Assembly: GCA_000002445.1 (NCBI GenBank)
Contig: AE017150.2
Location: 192,001 to 256,000, forward strand
Direction of reading: 5' to 3'
Length of the DNA stretch: 64,000 nt
DNA from: Trypanosoma brucei
Taxonomy: Eukaryota
In this document: one piece after another, positions 12,561 through 24,849 of the stretch
Position numbering within the stretch: position 1 is the first letter of the stretch
Layout: the number at the start of each line of letters is the position of its first letter
Made by a program: the position numbers and the translations under genes
Notes under the pieces: generated by a model
Seen by the model: the letters and a program-made list of their open reading frames with translations, nothing else
Database searches by the model: none
Told to the model about the DNA's origin: nothing

Positions 12561-13539
12561 TTCTGAAAGCTTGCCCCCTGATTCCTCACAAGCTTGCGAT
12601 AAAAGCATAAACAAAAATAGAATCAGAAACAGAGACAGAGACAGTTTACACTGTAGAAAAGGACACCACAGTGAGTCACTCATTCTAGGAAGATAATCAC
12701 AAAAGCAAACACCCTCAAAAAGACAGCTCAGAGCCATAAAGCAGAACCTACTTACTACTAATAAGGAGTTGTGCCCCTTCCCTGCCAGTAAAGACACAAC
12801 ATTCCCCAACAAACACAGTGGAAGATCACAAGACTTATGACCCCTCCATACTAACCTAAACAAGACAGCGTGAATCACAATTGCATGCAATGCGCTAAGA
12901 ACTCGAAACGGTTCCGCACATTTGCCTCTGAGGATCCCTACTCAATCGCACCCCTACGCGGGAATCAATATTCTGCCTGTCACAAAATAACACAGCGGAC
13001 GGCAGAAGGAAAGGGGGAAAATAAAGAAAGCCATCACAACACATAAGGATTTTAATGGGAACTTACAGGAAACCTTCTAGATGAGAATGCTAACACCCAT
13101 ACAACAACAGTGCTCACAATCCTCTTGTATATCAGTGTTTAATTAGTGTTTCACAAAATGATTTGATAATCGTAACGATTCAAGGAATAAAAAAAATGTA
13201 AATGATAAGACACGACGCAACAAGCTGCCACATTGCCATTAATGGATGTATGTAATACCATTGTTACTATCCATTTCATTGTGACAACACACGCAAAATA
13301 CAATCGATACCACGGATTTCGTACGCCTTCCGTCGTGCGGTGAATCGCAGAGTGGATGTAAACAGTTGTGAAAGGATTACACCAACGCAACTGTAAGTTC
13401 GTTATGCTGCCAGAAGCCTGTCTAGGATATACGATGAGTGAACTTCATTACTCCAACACAAAATGTGACGCCTCCTCTTGCCCTTTCATTCGTTCTTCAC
13501 AGTGCTTACTTCATTGTTGGCTTGCCCGAGGTTCGCCAA

Positions 13540-15567
13540 TTACCTTCGGCCCGCAGCAGCCACCGCAAGCATTTTGATAACTATGTTATCCTCATACTGC
13601 ACATGGTACTGCTGCACATTGTTCTTCCAGAATCCCTCCACAAACTGGTGACTGCGGTGCTTTGCCTTACCCTGTGTAATTTCACACTTCTGCTCAGACC
13701 TCATCGCTGTGGATTCGAAGTGCTGAACGTAAATGATTTCCCAGTGAAACATCTCAGTAATTTCCTTCAACTGCTCAACGGTAGCCTCATTCTGGTGACC
13801 ACCCCCCTCCGCACTTGGCAAGAGGGATTGTAGCAAATGAATGAATTCGTCGGTTTTTGTGTCATGTCTGCTGGCAACAGTAAACTGCAACAACACAATA
13901 GTTTTCTTTCCTGTGGTTCCTGAAGCCTGTGCAGCCTGCTCGTCATCAACAATAAAGAATGCATCCGCTACGGGGTAGTTGGGAACGCATGGCACATATA
14001 ATTCCACCGGAGCCCCCTCCGACTCAGCCCAGTTGATGTCACCTGGCACTGTTTTTGGTCGACGGACTTTGAGGAGGCCATCCCTTACGTGTTGCAAAAT
14101 GCTTTTGCGTGTCCTCATGCGTCTGGCCCTTTCATTTGCTGGAAGTTTCGTTATTAGATTTACGAAGCAAGTTAACACTCTGGGGGAACACAAATATTTA
14201 ATTGCATTCTCCTCAAAATAAAGCCCGATGGCAGATGCATTCCGCATCATACCAGTTGTCAGTGCCCACTCCTCAGCAATGCCGGAAAACACTACATTCA
14301 AAATTCTTTTCTTTATAGATTCAGAATGCGCCACGCAGACATACGTGTCAAAGGAGTTTCCTTCTCGAGCTTTGATACGAACGATCTTCACGAGCTTATG
14401 TGATGCATCATTGTCCCTCCATTCCCCACAGTTGTCCAGTACCTTAGTATATATTCCGTACTTGTTACCTGCTACGATACTCCCCAATTCCCCGTCCACT
14501 GCAGTAAGCTCCTGTCCATACATTACTTCGTCAAACACATAACGAAGTGAAGGTCCGACACGCTCCACACGGTTCTCATACATGTTCCACTTTTCCCTCA
14601 ACTCAACATGCGTGGCTTGAGGAAAAAGCTTGGGTCCCATACGTGAGAAGAAAGCCCGCATTTCACTCATTTCCCAGCAGTTAACAACAATAAACGCGCC
14701 TTTACGTTGCTTTTGCCAGCTGTCAAAATTTCTCAAATTAGGTGAACTGATCAAAATGCTTCCCCATTTTGGAGCCACATCTGCCGGTGGCTGCTCGCCT
14801 TTTTTGACAAAGTCATAAATAACATAACCACGTGTATTAGATGATATAACCTTCATAAACGTTATAGCCGCTTCTTTACTGTACTCCCTAACTCTGCCAA
14901 CGCCACCACCACCTGATTTCTCAAATATATATGCGGCTACACCACGGAAGTACGCAACAACAGGTAACTCTTCCGCATCATAATGCAATAACTTGTAGAG
15001 GATAAAAGAACCCAAATTCTGAGATTTACCAATCCCAGGATTACCAATGGCAACGTATGATCGTGGTAAATAAGGACATCCCGGTATAACACGCTGGGCA
15101 CGCCATAATTCAATTCCACTCCTTACAAAATTCCATACACGGAGCTCTTCTCTGCGAATGAATATGTCACTGTTACTTCCCCGGGCAAAGTCTGTATATG
15201 GCCAACCCATTTCAGACGTAAGAACCAACAGCTCCACTCCTTTAGTGCGTTCCGGCTTCTGTTCAAGAGTTTCCTCAATTTCAGGCACGACATTAACTTC
15301 CTCATCCTTCCACATCAAACCCTCATTGGGCATTCCATCAACCATCCTCATTCCCAATGGTTGAGTTCCATCGTCGATAATAATATAACTCCATTTCGCA
15401 TTATAGGTGGAATCGTATAATTTCTCTTCGAGAGACTTGCCCTCTCCGGTTTCTGATGGGTTCTCGTTTTGTCGGCCGGCTTGTCTCTTCATTGGGCAGT
15501 ACGCACCATTCAACCATCCATTTAAAACATTCCGAGTATCTCCTACACTACCGCCGTTCTGATTCAT
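13540..15567 (-). CDS. RHS: RHS protein, intact 675-aa ORF (MNQNGG N-terminal module, GNPGIGKS P-loop)
   Basis: Uninterrupted ORF with the YNAKWSY motif, a P-loop followed by LGSFILYKLLHYD (a divergent, unoccupied hot spot), and the C-terminal PVADAFFIVDD and WEIIYVQH motifs. Confidence 0.85.
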   Translation of the reverse strand: MNQNGGSVGDTRNVLNGWLNGAYCPMKRQAGRQNENPSETGEGKSLEEKLYDSTYNAKWSYIIIDDGTQPLGMRMVDGMPNEGLMWKDEEVNVVPEIEETLEQKPERTKGVELLVLTSEMGWPYTDFARGSNSDIFIRREELRVWNFVRSGIELWRAQRVIPGCPYLPRSYVAIGNPGIGKSQNLGSFILYKLLHYDAEELPVVAYFRGVAAYIFEKSGGGGVGRVREYSKEAAITFMKVISSNTRGYVIYDFVKKGEQPPADVAPKWGSILISSPNLRNFDSWQKQRKGAFIVVNCWEMSEMRAFFSRMGPKLFPQATHVELREKWNMYENRVERVGPSLRYVFDEVMYGQELTAVDGELGSIVAGNKYGIYTKVLDNCGEWRDNDASHKLVKIVRIKAREGNSFDTYVCVAHSESIKKRILNVVFSGIAEEWALTTGMMRNASAIGLYFEENAIKYLCSPRVLTCFVNLITKLPANERARRMRTRKSILQHVRDGLLKVRRPKTVPGDINWAESEGAPVELYVPCVPNYPVADAFFIVDDEQAAQASGTTGKKTIVLLQFTVASRHDTKTDEFIHLLQSLLPSAEGGGHQNEATVEQLKEITEMFHWEIIYVQHFESTAMRSEQKCEITQGKAKHRSHQFVEGFWKNNVQQYHVQYEDNIVIKMLAVAAAGRR

Positions 15568-18500
15568 TTCACTCTCTGAATAATAATCTTAATTGAGTGT
15601 GTTGTGTTATTTCCTTTCTTTGTAACATAAATTAAAAAAGAATTAAGATGAGAGAATTTAAAATGGATACGCTTCTAAACCAAATCAAATATACAAAAAT
15701 GAATATTAGGAATTAATATGGCAGATGGAAACTATTTATTGAAATTAGGATTCAATACAAATCTTATCATGTGTTGGGGTGTCACGGCAACTTAAGCACA
15801 AATAAGGTATGACAGTATGAATAAACATTTCTGTTTGGAGGAAAACTCAAACAACAATTCTCAGCTACTGCACACCATCATTCCAGAAAAAATAATATAC
15901 TTAGATATATTTATGTATTGAAAAGCAAAAAAATAAATAAATGTGGCATTGCCATGAAAAATGGGAAACAATAGCTTTACTCATAAGCTATGTAAAACGT
16001 AGAATACTCGATTAAAGTTACTCATGTGCATGATGAAGGCGCTTCACATTAAGAAATAGTACAAACAACTATCAGAACTTGCGCATAATCTCACATGAGC
16101 CGTCACTCGGAATGACATTTTGTCATAACTTCCTAATGTGGAAAAACTATTTCTAATGCCAACTCTCACGCTCCGAATCAGTACACAGTGTGCAAATGAG
16201 AGTACGAGATATCAAAACAATAATAATCGCCGTAAAAAGTAAAACCAATGAAAATAAAATCTTATACATCAAAGAGGAACCTCTCTCACCTGACGAACAA
16301 ATGCTGCTCACTTTCTTTATTCTTTATTTAAGTGATCCTGTGTTTTTTTTTCTTGCAACCATGGAGCCATGAATCTAAGAAATATATATATGTGAAGGCA
16401 TGAAAGATATTTGTTTTGCTTTGGTATTGGAGCACCTTGCCATGCGTCTGCTTTTGCGCCTTGGTGAAACTCAAAAGAAACGAAAGGCTCACGGAAGGGA
16501 ACAAATATATTTGTGGGAATAATAATTAAATATTAGGCCTCTTTTGAGGAGTGTGTTGAGTGTAATAATGGTGAAAAAGAAGTATTGAAAATTTATGCCA
16601 CATGGACAAATGCTTTACAATGTTTTCTCTCTATCTGAAAATATGGAATATATGGAATATATAAGGAACCAGAAACATAGGGAATATATGAAGTATAAGG
16701 AAATATATCAAATATAAGAAAATATTTGAAATATATGGAAAACATATGAGAGGCAAAAAGAATGGAAAGAAATTTGGTAAATGAATATACATTCATGGAA
16801 ATATCCATTAGAGAAATAATAATTTTCTTTTTCTCCTCCCTTCCCGCTAATGTTTCACCCGCTTATTTCCATTCCTTATAAATATTGTAAATTTCTTTTT
16901 GTTACTGTAACTATTTCCAAAAAAAAAGTGTAAGTAAGACACTTTAAGCATTACATATCATAATATCTCTAAACTCCTTCTATGTTATGTTAATCTACTA
17001 ATATTTTCATTCCCATTCATTTTATTCAGCAGAACATACAAAACCCCCTCAAAAGTCCTTCCTTGTTTTTTTCTTCAACATCATAACATATCTTGTGGAA
17101 TATACAAATATATAATAACCATAAATGTGTTATATATCATCACAACATCAGAAGCTTCACGACATAATTGTGTTCCTCAAGAAGCAGTGGTTGTGTTTCC
17201 TTTTATTTTATCTCATAGTCAAACTAATTAATTAATTACTAATAACATCCTCCAAAGATATTGCTTCTATTTTCTTGGATTGTTCAGCAGCGTAACACCG
17301 GAGTCTTGAAATAAAGAGTCACAGTTCAAAGAATACAAAACAGTAAAAAAAAAATAATAAACAGAGACTCGCACCTTCACAATTGGTTGCATTTGGATGC
17401 ATCAAACATATTTATTCGCCTCCTTGTGTTTTTTTTTTGGGGGTGGGAGGAGTAAATGCAAAATTATATCAAGTTGACGAGTAGTAGAAATACAACACTT
17501 GATATAATTTCACTTACATATAAGCTTTCTTTTCCCACTTTATTCCAATTCATAATATTTTGATAGCAATGTAATGCAGCATTCAGCTATAAACATTTTA
17601 ACCATAAATATAGTAACTAATGTGTGAATGGTAACCCATGGCGATACATTCCATATGGAACAATACCACATTGTTAAATATACGCATGGAATTAAAACTA
17701 TAGCACTAAATTGAAAATGAAAAATTAAAAGAGAAAAAGATATGAATTATCAAAAGAGGCATATTCTTCACTAAGATGCACTTGTTTCAATACAATCATA
17801 ATTTGAAATTACTTTAAATAATAAGTGGCCCAATATCCTGAAACGACACAATAACAATGATTTCATTATAGCATCTGTAAAATAATGATATGCAATAAAA
17901 TAAATAATAAAAATAAATTAAAATACAGCAAGCAGTGCAGAATATATTCTATTGCTATATATAAACATTTGCCAACAGATGAATACCTTTACGCATTGGA
18001 AGAAAATAATTAAATTCAAACTTCCAATGATTCTGCCCAGTGTTTGTCGGCTACATGTGGGACTCAAAAAAAAACAAAAATTTATTTTAAATAAACATGA
18101 AAAAAAGAAAAACTTCGCATGAAACCATAAGGGTACCCCTGTGAGTTATTCGCTACTGTCAAACATAGTTAACTTCACAACCCTCAAGAAAGAAAGAATT
18201 AAATAATAAAAGTAAAAGTAAAATTTCAAGTTAAAAAAATAAAAATAAAAATTAAGGAAATATAACATAATTATGCTTAACTAACTGTAATGTGAGGAAT
18301 GTAAAAATAACAAAATGTTACTCACAATTTAATGTTATCAATGTTTTCCTTCACAAACAAAAACTGTCACATCTCAATGTGTTCCTTCAAATTAATGTAA
18401 AGGAACCAGATATGTTTGTATAATATTCTACAATGTCATTTGGCATTGTCCGATGCTCACTCAAAAAAAAAAACTTATTCGTTTTGTTGCGATGTAGCTG

Positions 18501-18946
18501 TTGACAGTGTTGTGCTCTTTTTCTTTTTTTTTATTTTTTTTAACATACCGCTCCGCACTTCCGTAATCCCCTCAATATTCCTGCAGTTCCCATCATAAAA
18601 GATACAAAAGAAATCCATCAAAATAAAGTAACTGAAGTCCAAGATGCTGTAGATCGCAATGTATTTATTTTGAATAATGGAACCCTGTGATATCAAAGAC
18701 AATCATCTGCAATGAATAAACTGAAACATTCACTGACTCATGCCACTAAAATAATAATTAAATTGTTAAACACATGTTCCCATCGTGTGGTAAGTAATTC
18801 AAACAATTCTGTGACCACATGAAATACTCGAAGAAAAAGGAAACGTATACAATGCATAAGCCATTAGTAAAGTATAAATACAGTTTTTGGTATCGAATCC
18901 ATCATATGTTACAAAGCCGCATTTCACTAACACACAAGAGCACAAT
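15568..18946. repeat. Intergenic repeat block U1, copy B
   Basis: Collinear with 861..4317. Confidence 0.85.
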
Positions 18947-20686
18947 TTAACTCATCATCATATTTCGAATCATCAGTGATAGAGCTTGAAATTTAAATGA
19001 TTCGATAAATCCAACATTTCCCTTTACTCTTACAACCTTTACCAACTTTTCCGTAACTTCATTGTTCTTCCAGGCAGCGGTATGCTCAATAATATCATTA
19101 TAGGAATATTCATCCGACTTCTTCATAGTTTCCAACGCATCATGAACTCTTTTCAGACGCCATTCATAACAGCTTAAAACAAATATATAACGAGGCAAAA
19201 GCCCAATTGAATTAATACGTCCCTCCACTATTCTCCACTCATCTTCCATTTCCTTCCTCAATTCGTGTCTTCTTCTGTTGGATACCTTTTCCCTTGTATG
19301 TATTGACAGTTTTTTCCATGCCACAAATGCCTTCATGTCACGCACATCATCACAGTTTATAATAATTTGGCGGCCTCCCGTAATTGTAGTCCAGTTACCA
19401 AAGTGGGAACTATTCGGGGAAGTGAAAATAGTTACACTCCAAACATCAGAGGGAAGTTGAGTGTAAAGCTGCTGCATTGCATACCTTATGTCCATAATAA
19501 TGTGTCCTCTGTTTTCAAATTTCATTTTATTTATGGCGTTGACCGCAGCTCTCAAATATTCGTACCGCACAACCCTCCCTCTTTCATCACCCTTTCTGTT
19601 ATATATTAAGTAGGCGATCGTGTCTGTGAAATATGCAACAACATCAAGCATTCCTTCATGGAAGTGAAGCAACGAATGAAGCAAAAATGATCCAAGGCCA
19701 TATGATTTACCAATACCAGGTGTACCAATAACAATATGTATCGGTGGTCTGTGAGCTGTCTTTTCCACCCACCATGTTTTCAGATCTTTTTCGACTTTAT
19801 ACCACACGCGCACAATTTCACGACGGATGTATACGTGCTGAAATACTACTTTGCGCCCCGTAGTGTAATCCAATGCAAACCTGTTGTATGGCCAACCTTT
19901 CTCCGAAGTGAGAACAAAAATCTCCAAACCATCGGGTCTCTCCTCAATCTCTGCATCAACATTCGCAGGAAGAGGAGTTATATCCACATCTTCTTCGGTC
20001 CACATGCGCTGCGGCCTTCCATCGAACACTTTCATGCCAAGTGGCTCTGTATGATAACCCGACATCACATAACTCCATTTCGCATTATATATGGATTCAT
20101 ACAATCCTTTCAGTTCGACAGCACTACAAGCTGTTTGAGCAGCTCGTTCCCTTGCTTCATTGAGTGCATCATTCAACATGTTAGTGACAACAATCCAAAG
20201 GCGCTCTCCATCTCTCAGTCCACGAATATCCGCCTGTAACCTGACCTTTGCTTCCTCATCTGCTTGTTGCCAGCGCTGAAGATTCAATATTCCCTCATCC
20301 TCAAAGAAACCATAGACGCTGACAAAACGTTTGTACACTTTATACTCTGTTGTCGCGAATATTCGATTGAGCGCATTAACGTCATTAATATACTCTTCAG
20401 GTTCCAGTACGAACGCAGACATTGATACATTATTTTCTTCATTCACATTATATCTTCTGCCAAAATTACGCCTCAAAAAATCATTCAACATCATATTTCT
20501 AGGATGTGGCAGACCATTCAGCAAAACTGCGTCAACGCAGCTGAAAAGACCCCATTGTGGTTGGTTGTTATTCTCCACTCGTTGCTGCACTACTGGAGGT
20601 TCCGCATCGTTACGCGCAGCCTCCTCATTTTCTCGTCTCCTTCCCTCAATGTCACCCCTTCCTTCAATAGGAACCTGTTGATTCAT
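18947..20686 (-). CDS. RHS: RHS protein, intact 579-aa ORF (MNQQVPIEG N-terminal module). It lacks the usual C-terminal domain.
   Basis: Uninterrupted ORF with GTPGIGKSYGLGSFLLHSLLHFHEGM and an unoccupied hot spot at 19675..19686. It ends MIRNMMMS*, exactly where the 4318 fragment ends. Confidence 0.8.
   Translation of the reverse strand: MNQQVPIEGRGDIEGRRRENEEAARNDAEPPVVQQRVENNNQPQWGLFSCVDAVLLNGLPHPRNMMLNDFLRRNFGRRYNVNEENNVSMSAFVLEPEEYINDVNALNRIFATTEYKVYKRFVSVYGFFEDEGILNLQRWQQADEEAKVRLQADIRGLRDGERLWIVVTNMLNDALNEARERAAQTACSAVELKGLYESIYNAKWSYVMSGYHTEPLGMKVFDGRPQRMWTEEDVDITPLPANVDAEIEERPDGLEIFVLTSEKGWPYNRFALDYTTGRKVVFQHVYIRREIVRVWYKVEKDLKTWWVEKTAHRPPIHIVIGTPGIGKSYGLGSFLLHSLLHFHEGMLDVVAYFTDTIAYLIYNRKGDERGRVVRYEYLRAAVNAINKMKFENRGHIIMDIRYAMQQLYTQLPSDVWSVTIFTSPNSSHFGNWTTITGGRQIIINCDDVRDMKAFVAWKKLSIHTREKVSNRRRHELRKEMEDEWRIVEGRINSIGLLPRYIFVLSCYEWRLKRVHDALETMKKSDEYSYNDIIEHTAAWKNNEVTEKLVKVVRVKGNVGFIESFKFQALSLMIRNMMMS
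19675..19686 (-). other. Unoccupied hot-spot target site AATGAAGCAAAA
   Basis: Same 12-mer as the RIME target-site duplication. Confidence 0.7.
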
Positions 20687-22812
20687 TTCACTCTCCTAAT
20701 AATAATCTTAATTGAGTGTGTTGTGTTATTTCCTTTCTTTGTAACATAAATTTTAAAAAAGGGATAAAAGATGAGAGAATTTAAAATGGATACATTTCTA
20801 AACCAAAGCAAATATACAATCAATATCAGGAATTAATATGGCAGGTGGAAACTATTTACTAAAATTAGGATTCAATACAAATCTTATCATGTGTTTAGAA
20901 CTCACAGCAACTTAAGCACAAATAAGGTATGACAGTGCGAATAAACATTTCTCTTGGGAGGAAAAACTCAAACAACAATTCCCAGTTACTGCACACCATC
21001 ATTTCAGAAAAAATAATAATATACTTACATATATATTTATGAAAAAGCAAAGAAAATAAATGTGGCATTGCTATAAAAAATGGGAAACAATAGTTTTAGC
21101 GATAAATCATGCAAAACGTAGAATACTCGGTTGCATACAGAAAAGTGCCTTACTTACCTTACAAAATTAAAAATATACCAAAAGTAAAAATAAATATAAA
21201 ACATTATCTTCACACTTCAAACCAGACACGTATTAAGCAAGAGAAAATAATTCACATAATCCCATACATATGTTACGATGGGTATTGCATGCAGTACAAT
21301 TTAAAGGAAGTGTAACTCATATAACATTTTCAAAAATAAGGTATTGAATGACTGTTTGCTACCATCAATTACATTTCCAATGCCTGATTACACTTTTATA
21401 TGCATGAAGGAAGTTACTGATGATAACTTTGACATGCTCGAGAATCCATAACACAAAGCGACTGCTGCATGCAATAAAAAATAAAAATAAAAATAACATC
21501 CGAATTTATTTACTGACAGATGAGTGCAATTCATTCACCCAAACTTCATAGCTGCAAAAATAAACTCGCCGTTGCCAATAGGAAATAATCCCGCATAAAT
21601 ATTGAGTATCTGAAAATGATAGCAACGGGTTTCCATTTTTGAAATATATGCATAAAATACATGAGGTATATGAAGCCATATTGGTAAAGTGCCACTACGC
21701 ATGTTGCAATTTACTATCAAAAGTGTCTGCCTTATTTTATTTCTTGTGTTACTGTAACTCATGAGTATTATTCATTATTCTTTACAATACAACTGTAAGT
21801 CATTTTGCATTTTTACATATTTTCTTATTCTCTCATGCTGGAAGTGTTCCACATATAATATTCCTCAATATCGTTCACAAAATAAAAATAATTTCATTTA
21901 CTTCTGCATTCAGTTTCTTGTGTAGCAGTGTGTGCACTAATCATCCATAAAGTTTTTAATTTGCCAAATACATCATTACGAAACTATTTTCCACAAATAA
22001 ACAAACATACAAATCATTGGGACAATATCTTTGAGATATTTCCTTCACTATATTTGCAGTTCAGTAGTAATTAAAGGAAACTTTTTGTATAATTCAGCAC
22101 ATGGTGGAATTGCAAAGAAATGTGATAGTACTTATAATCAATAAGTTCCCAATTTTCCTCACATGGTCTCCTTTCATGCCTTTACATCCTTATATAATTC
22201 ACAGAGAATTACTGCAATTTCCTTCATATGATTTCAGGATTCCATAAGTCACAATACAAATAATATATATATATATATCCTCCTACATAATTTGCACATA
22301 ATATTGCTTAACATATAAATTATCACAAACCTATGACTTTACACTCCTCCTAAGAATAATAGAATCAAATTATTTCTATTTTGCATCATTACATGAAGCT
22401 TTGGAAAATGGAAAAAAAAAGAATCAAACAAAAGGTAATGTAAAGAACACAGTTTCATAATACAGATTATAACTTGTTTGTGAATTGCAGATGCAAACAC
22501 AAAATGTTCAAACAGGGAAACAGTAAAGGATGTTACTGATAATGTAAGCACAAATTAATCAAAAATAGAAACATAAATAAAATTGAAACTTATAAAAACA
22601 CAAAAATATATTACACAAATATTTACCACATATTATAATTCGCCACCCTCACACTTGAATTACAAAGAGGACATAATACACATATGTGGTAAAACTAATA
22701 CAACTCGAATATACGTATGTGCCATCTTATTAACATAATCATTCTAATATTTACTCAGTATGTATGTCTGTGTGTGTGTGTGTGTGTCTGTGTGTAGAAA
22801 TGATGAAATGTA
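20687..22812. repeat. Hybrid intergenic block. It is U1-like for the first ~440 bp and U2-like from ~21190 to 22812.
   Basis: 20687..21125 matches 15568..16010. 21190..22812 matches 7990..8805 and 31850..33461. Confidence 0.75.
22761..22796. repeat. Imperfect (TG)n microsatellite
   Basis: Direct read. A shorter (TG)7 sits at the homologous position 33431..33444. Confidence 0.9.
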
Positions 22813-23312
22813 ATTGTAACAAATCAGGCACAACACAAACAAAATATATGCATTATATTATTCTCTAAAAAGTAGAAGAATAAAAATCAAGAAATATTAC
22901 GCAACTTTTCTCACAAGTAATTTTCCTTCTGTATATAACACGACAGCTGACAACATTAAACTCTCAATTCCATAATATCTGACACCTGAAGTGATAATTA
23001 GCAGCGGATGCCTTTAACAAAAAACAACAGAAATAACAACATCAAAGCATGTTTTGAAAGCTTAAATAAAGTTCCTCATGGATAAACCATTTGTACGAAG
23101 TTTGAGTGACAAGTAGGAGGAACAAAGAAAAAATAGAAAAGAAGAATTAAATGGTAAAACAATTGCGTGTGATATAACTAAAGGATTTGTTAGGCACTAC
23201 ACTCATTAAACTCCAATTTCATAAAAATACTGCAAGGCATAATATTTACTGCTTTACCGGTTATGTGCCTCCAGCAAGCAATAATAAATACTTCGAGTAT
23301 TATTCAATTTCT

Positions 23313-23613
23313 GATGCATTGAAGTGTGTAATAAATTAGTGCATGAGTAAACTATTCAAATGTTGGTGTTTAATTCAAATTATAAACTCTGCACTATGAA
23401 TGTCTCTCGATGTTTATAATTTGAGAGAGCAAAAGTGACGGCGCTACTATTTATTTCTTCCAGTTCATGAATATATAAATATATTTATACATATATAATC
23501 AGATGTGACATGCAAAAGCGTTTAAACATCAGGCATGAACATCTTTCCATTCATTTAAAGTAAGACGATACAATAAGGTAAGTTTAGGATGAAGTGAAGG
23601 TATCATAATGTTA
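23313..23613. repeat. Dispersed repeat A, copy 1. It is in direct orientation relative to 62138..62441.
   Basis: About 300 bp at ~90% identity. Confidence 0.8.
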
Positions 23614-24157
23614 ATATCTTCCTTCAAGCGGAGGATTCAATTTAAATAGGCGTACTTCACAAACAATAGTAAAATAACTGAGAAAACTTATATCACTTAA
23701 TCGTTATTTCCTTCAATTCTTATTTTGAATCGCTCTGTACCGTCACACCTTCAATAAAGTATATAGTGACGCATTTCATACATCCTACCTAAGCCATCTC
23801 TCATAGTCATAGCTCTCAACAGCAATAATAACAAATAATGAATAGTTTAGTTCTTACCTTCCCTTTTTACTACCGACAAGAAAGATATACGAAATAATTA
23901 TCATGCTGGATAAACAGTAAGCGTTCCTCATTATCCTACACAAAATATGAATTGAAACGATAATTTACTAACGAAGCGGAAGTGTCTGAAAGCGTCTTTA
24001 ACCCGTCTCCTGTGCGGGGCGAAGAGGGTTGTGTTGTGTGGGCTTTCTAAAAATTTCACTCTCTTGCAGACAGCTGCGTAAATAAACGGGAAGTACAGGT
24101 GTGTTTAGAGAAATATAACCGTACAAAATAATACTCTGCACTCCTATGACCAAAACC
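23610..24157. repeat. Dispersed repeat B, copy 1. It is inverted relative to 61563..62106.
   Basis: About 545 bp matching the reverse complement of 61563..62106. The A/B junction falls on GTTAAC. Confidence 0.8.
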
Positions 24158-24849
24158 ATTCATAATGCAGGCTTTCAAAATACACGACATCATCTCAACA
24201 AATTGTAATTATTTTTTTTTGCATAATGTCCTCCAGAAGACAGAACAACAGATGACACAGTTAAATAACACATGACAAACAAGGAATATAACCGCACATC
24301 CTCAGCAGTAAATGTTTCAGTTTCTCCTTTAAAAAAAACAAAGAAAAATAAAACAGTTTCACACGTGTGGTCCAAAAGCTGCATCAGCCAATACAATATC
24401 TTGACAACTTGTCATGCAATCTTGCCTCAAGAAGAAAATAAAACATTCATCTCTGCTTTCCCTTAATTGATAAATGAGATCCCATGCTGTGTTAACTCAC
24501 GTCTCCATTCAAAAAGTTGACTCAACGTTGTGACGAGGCAGTGACCAAAAACAATCCAAATGCAATTCCAAATTTCTTCATATTACGTTTTCAGTTTTAT
24601 TACACATTTCCCCAACCATTCCGAGTACTAACAGGAATAATTTGGTTCTATAATAATGCATGTGTTTTCTACAGCTCTTTCATTTTGTTATGATCCGCAC
24701 AAAAATTATATATGTGGTTGTTGATTCGTCCGGTTAATCAAAGTAACAATCATAATAATTAATTTTCCCCTTTTCTTCATTTTTTCTATTAGCACATGTG
24801 CACCTTGGTGAGATCACTTTCACTCATTTGCACTGATTGGTCAACACTA

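Noticed and set aside
12405-12890. 161-aa minus-strand ORF upstream of the degenerate RHS
   Set aside because: Its C-terminal third is the decayed RHS N-terminal region (REEEEGQLDQ matching RNEGGPNWT) read in frame. The rest is 5' flank and it is not an independent gene.
14630-14818. Identical 62-aa ORFs at 14630..14818 (plus) and 54148..54336 (minus)
   Set aside because: Antisense of two near-identical RHS copies. The duplication explains the conservation.
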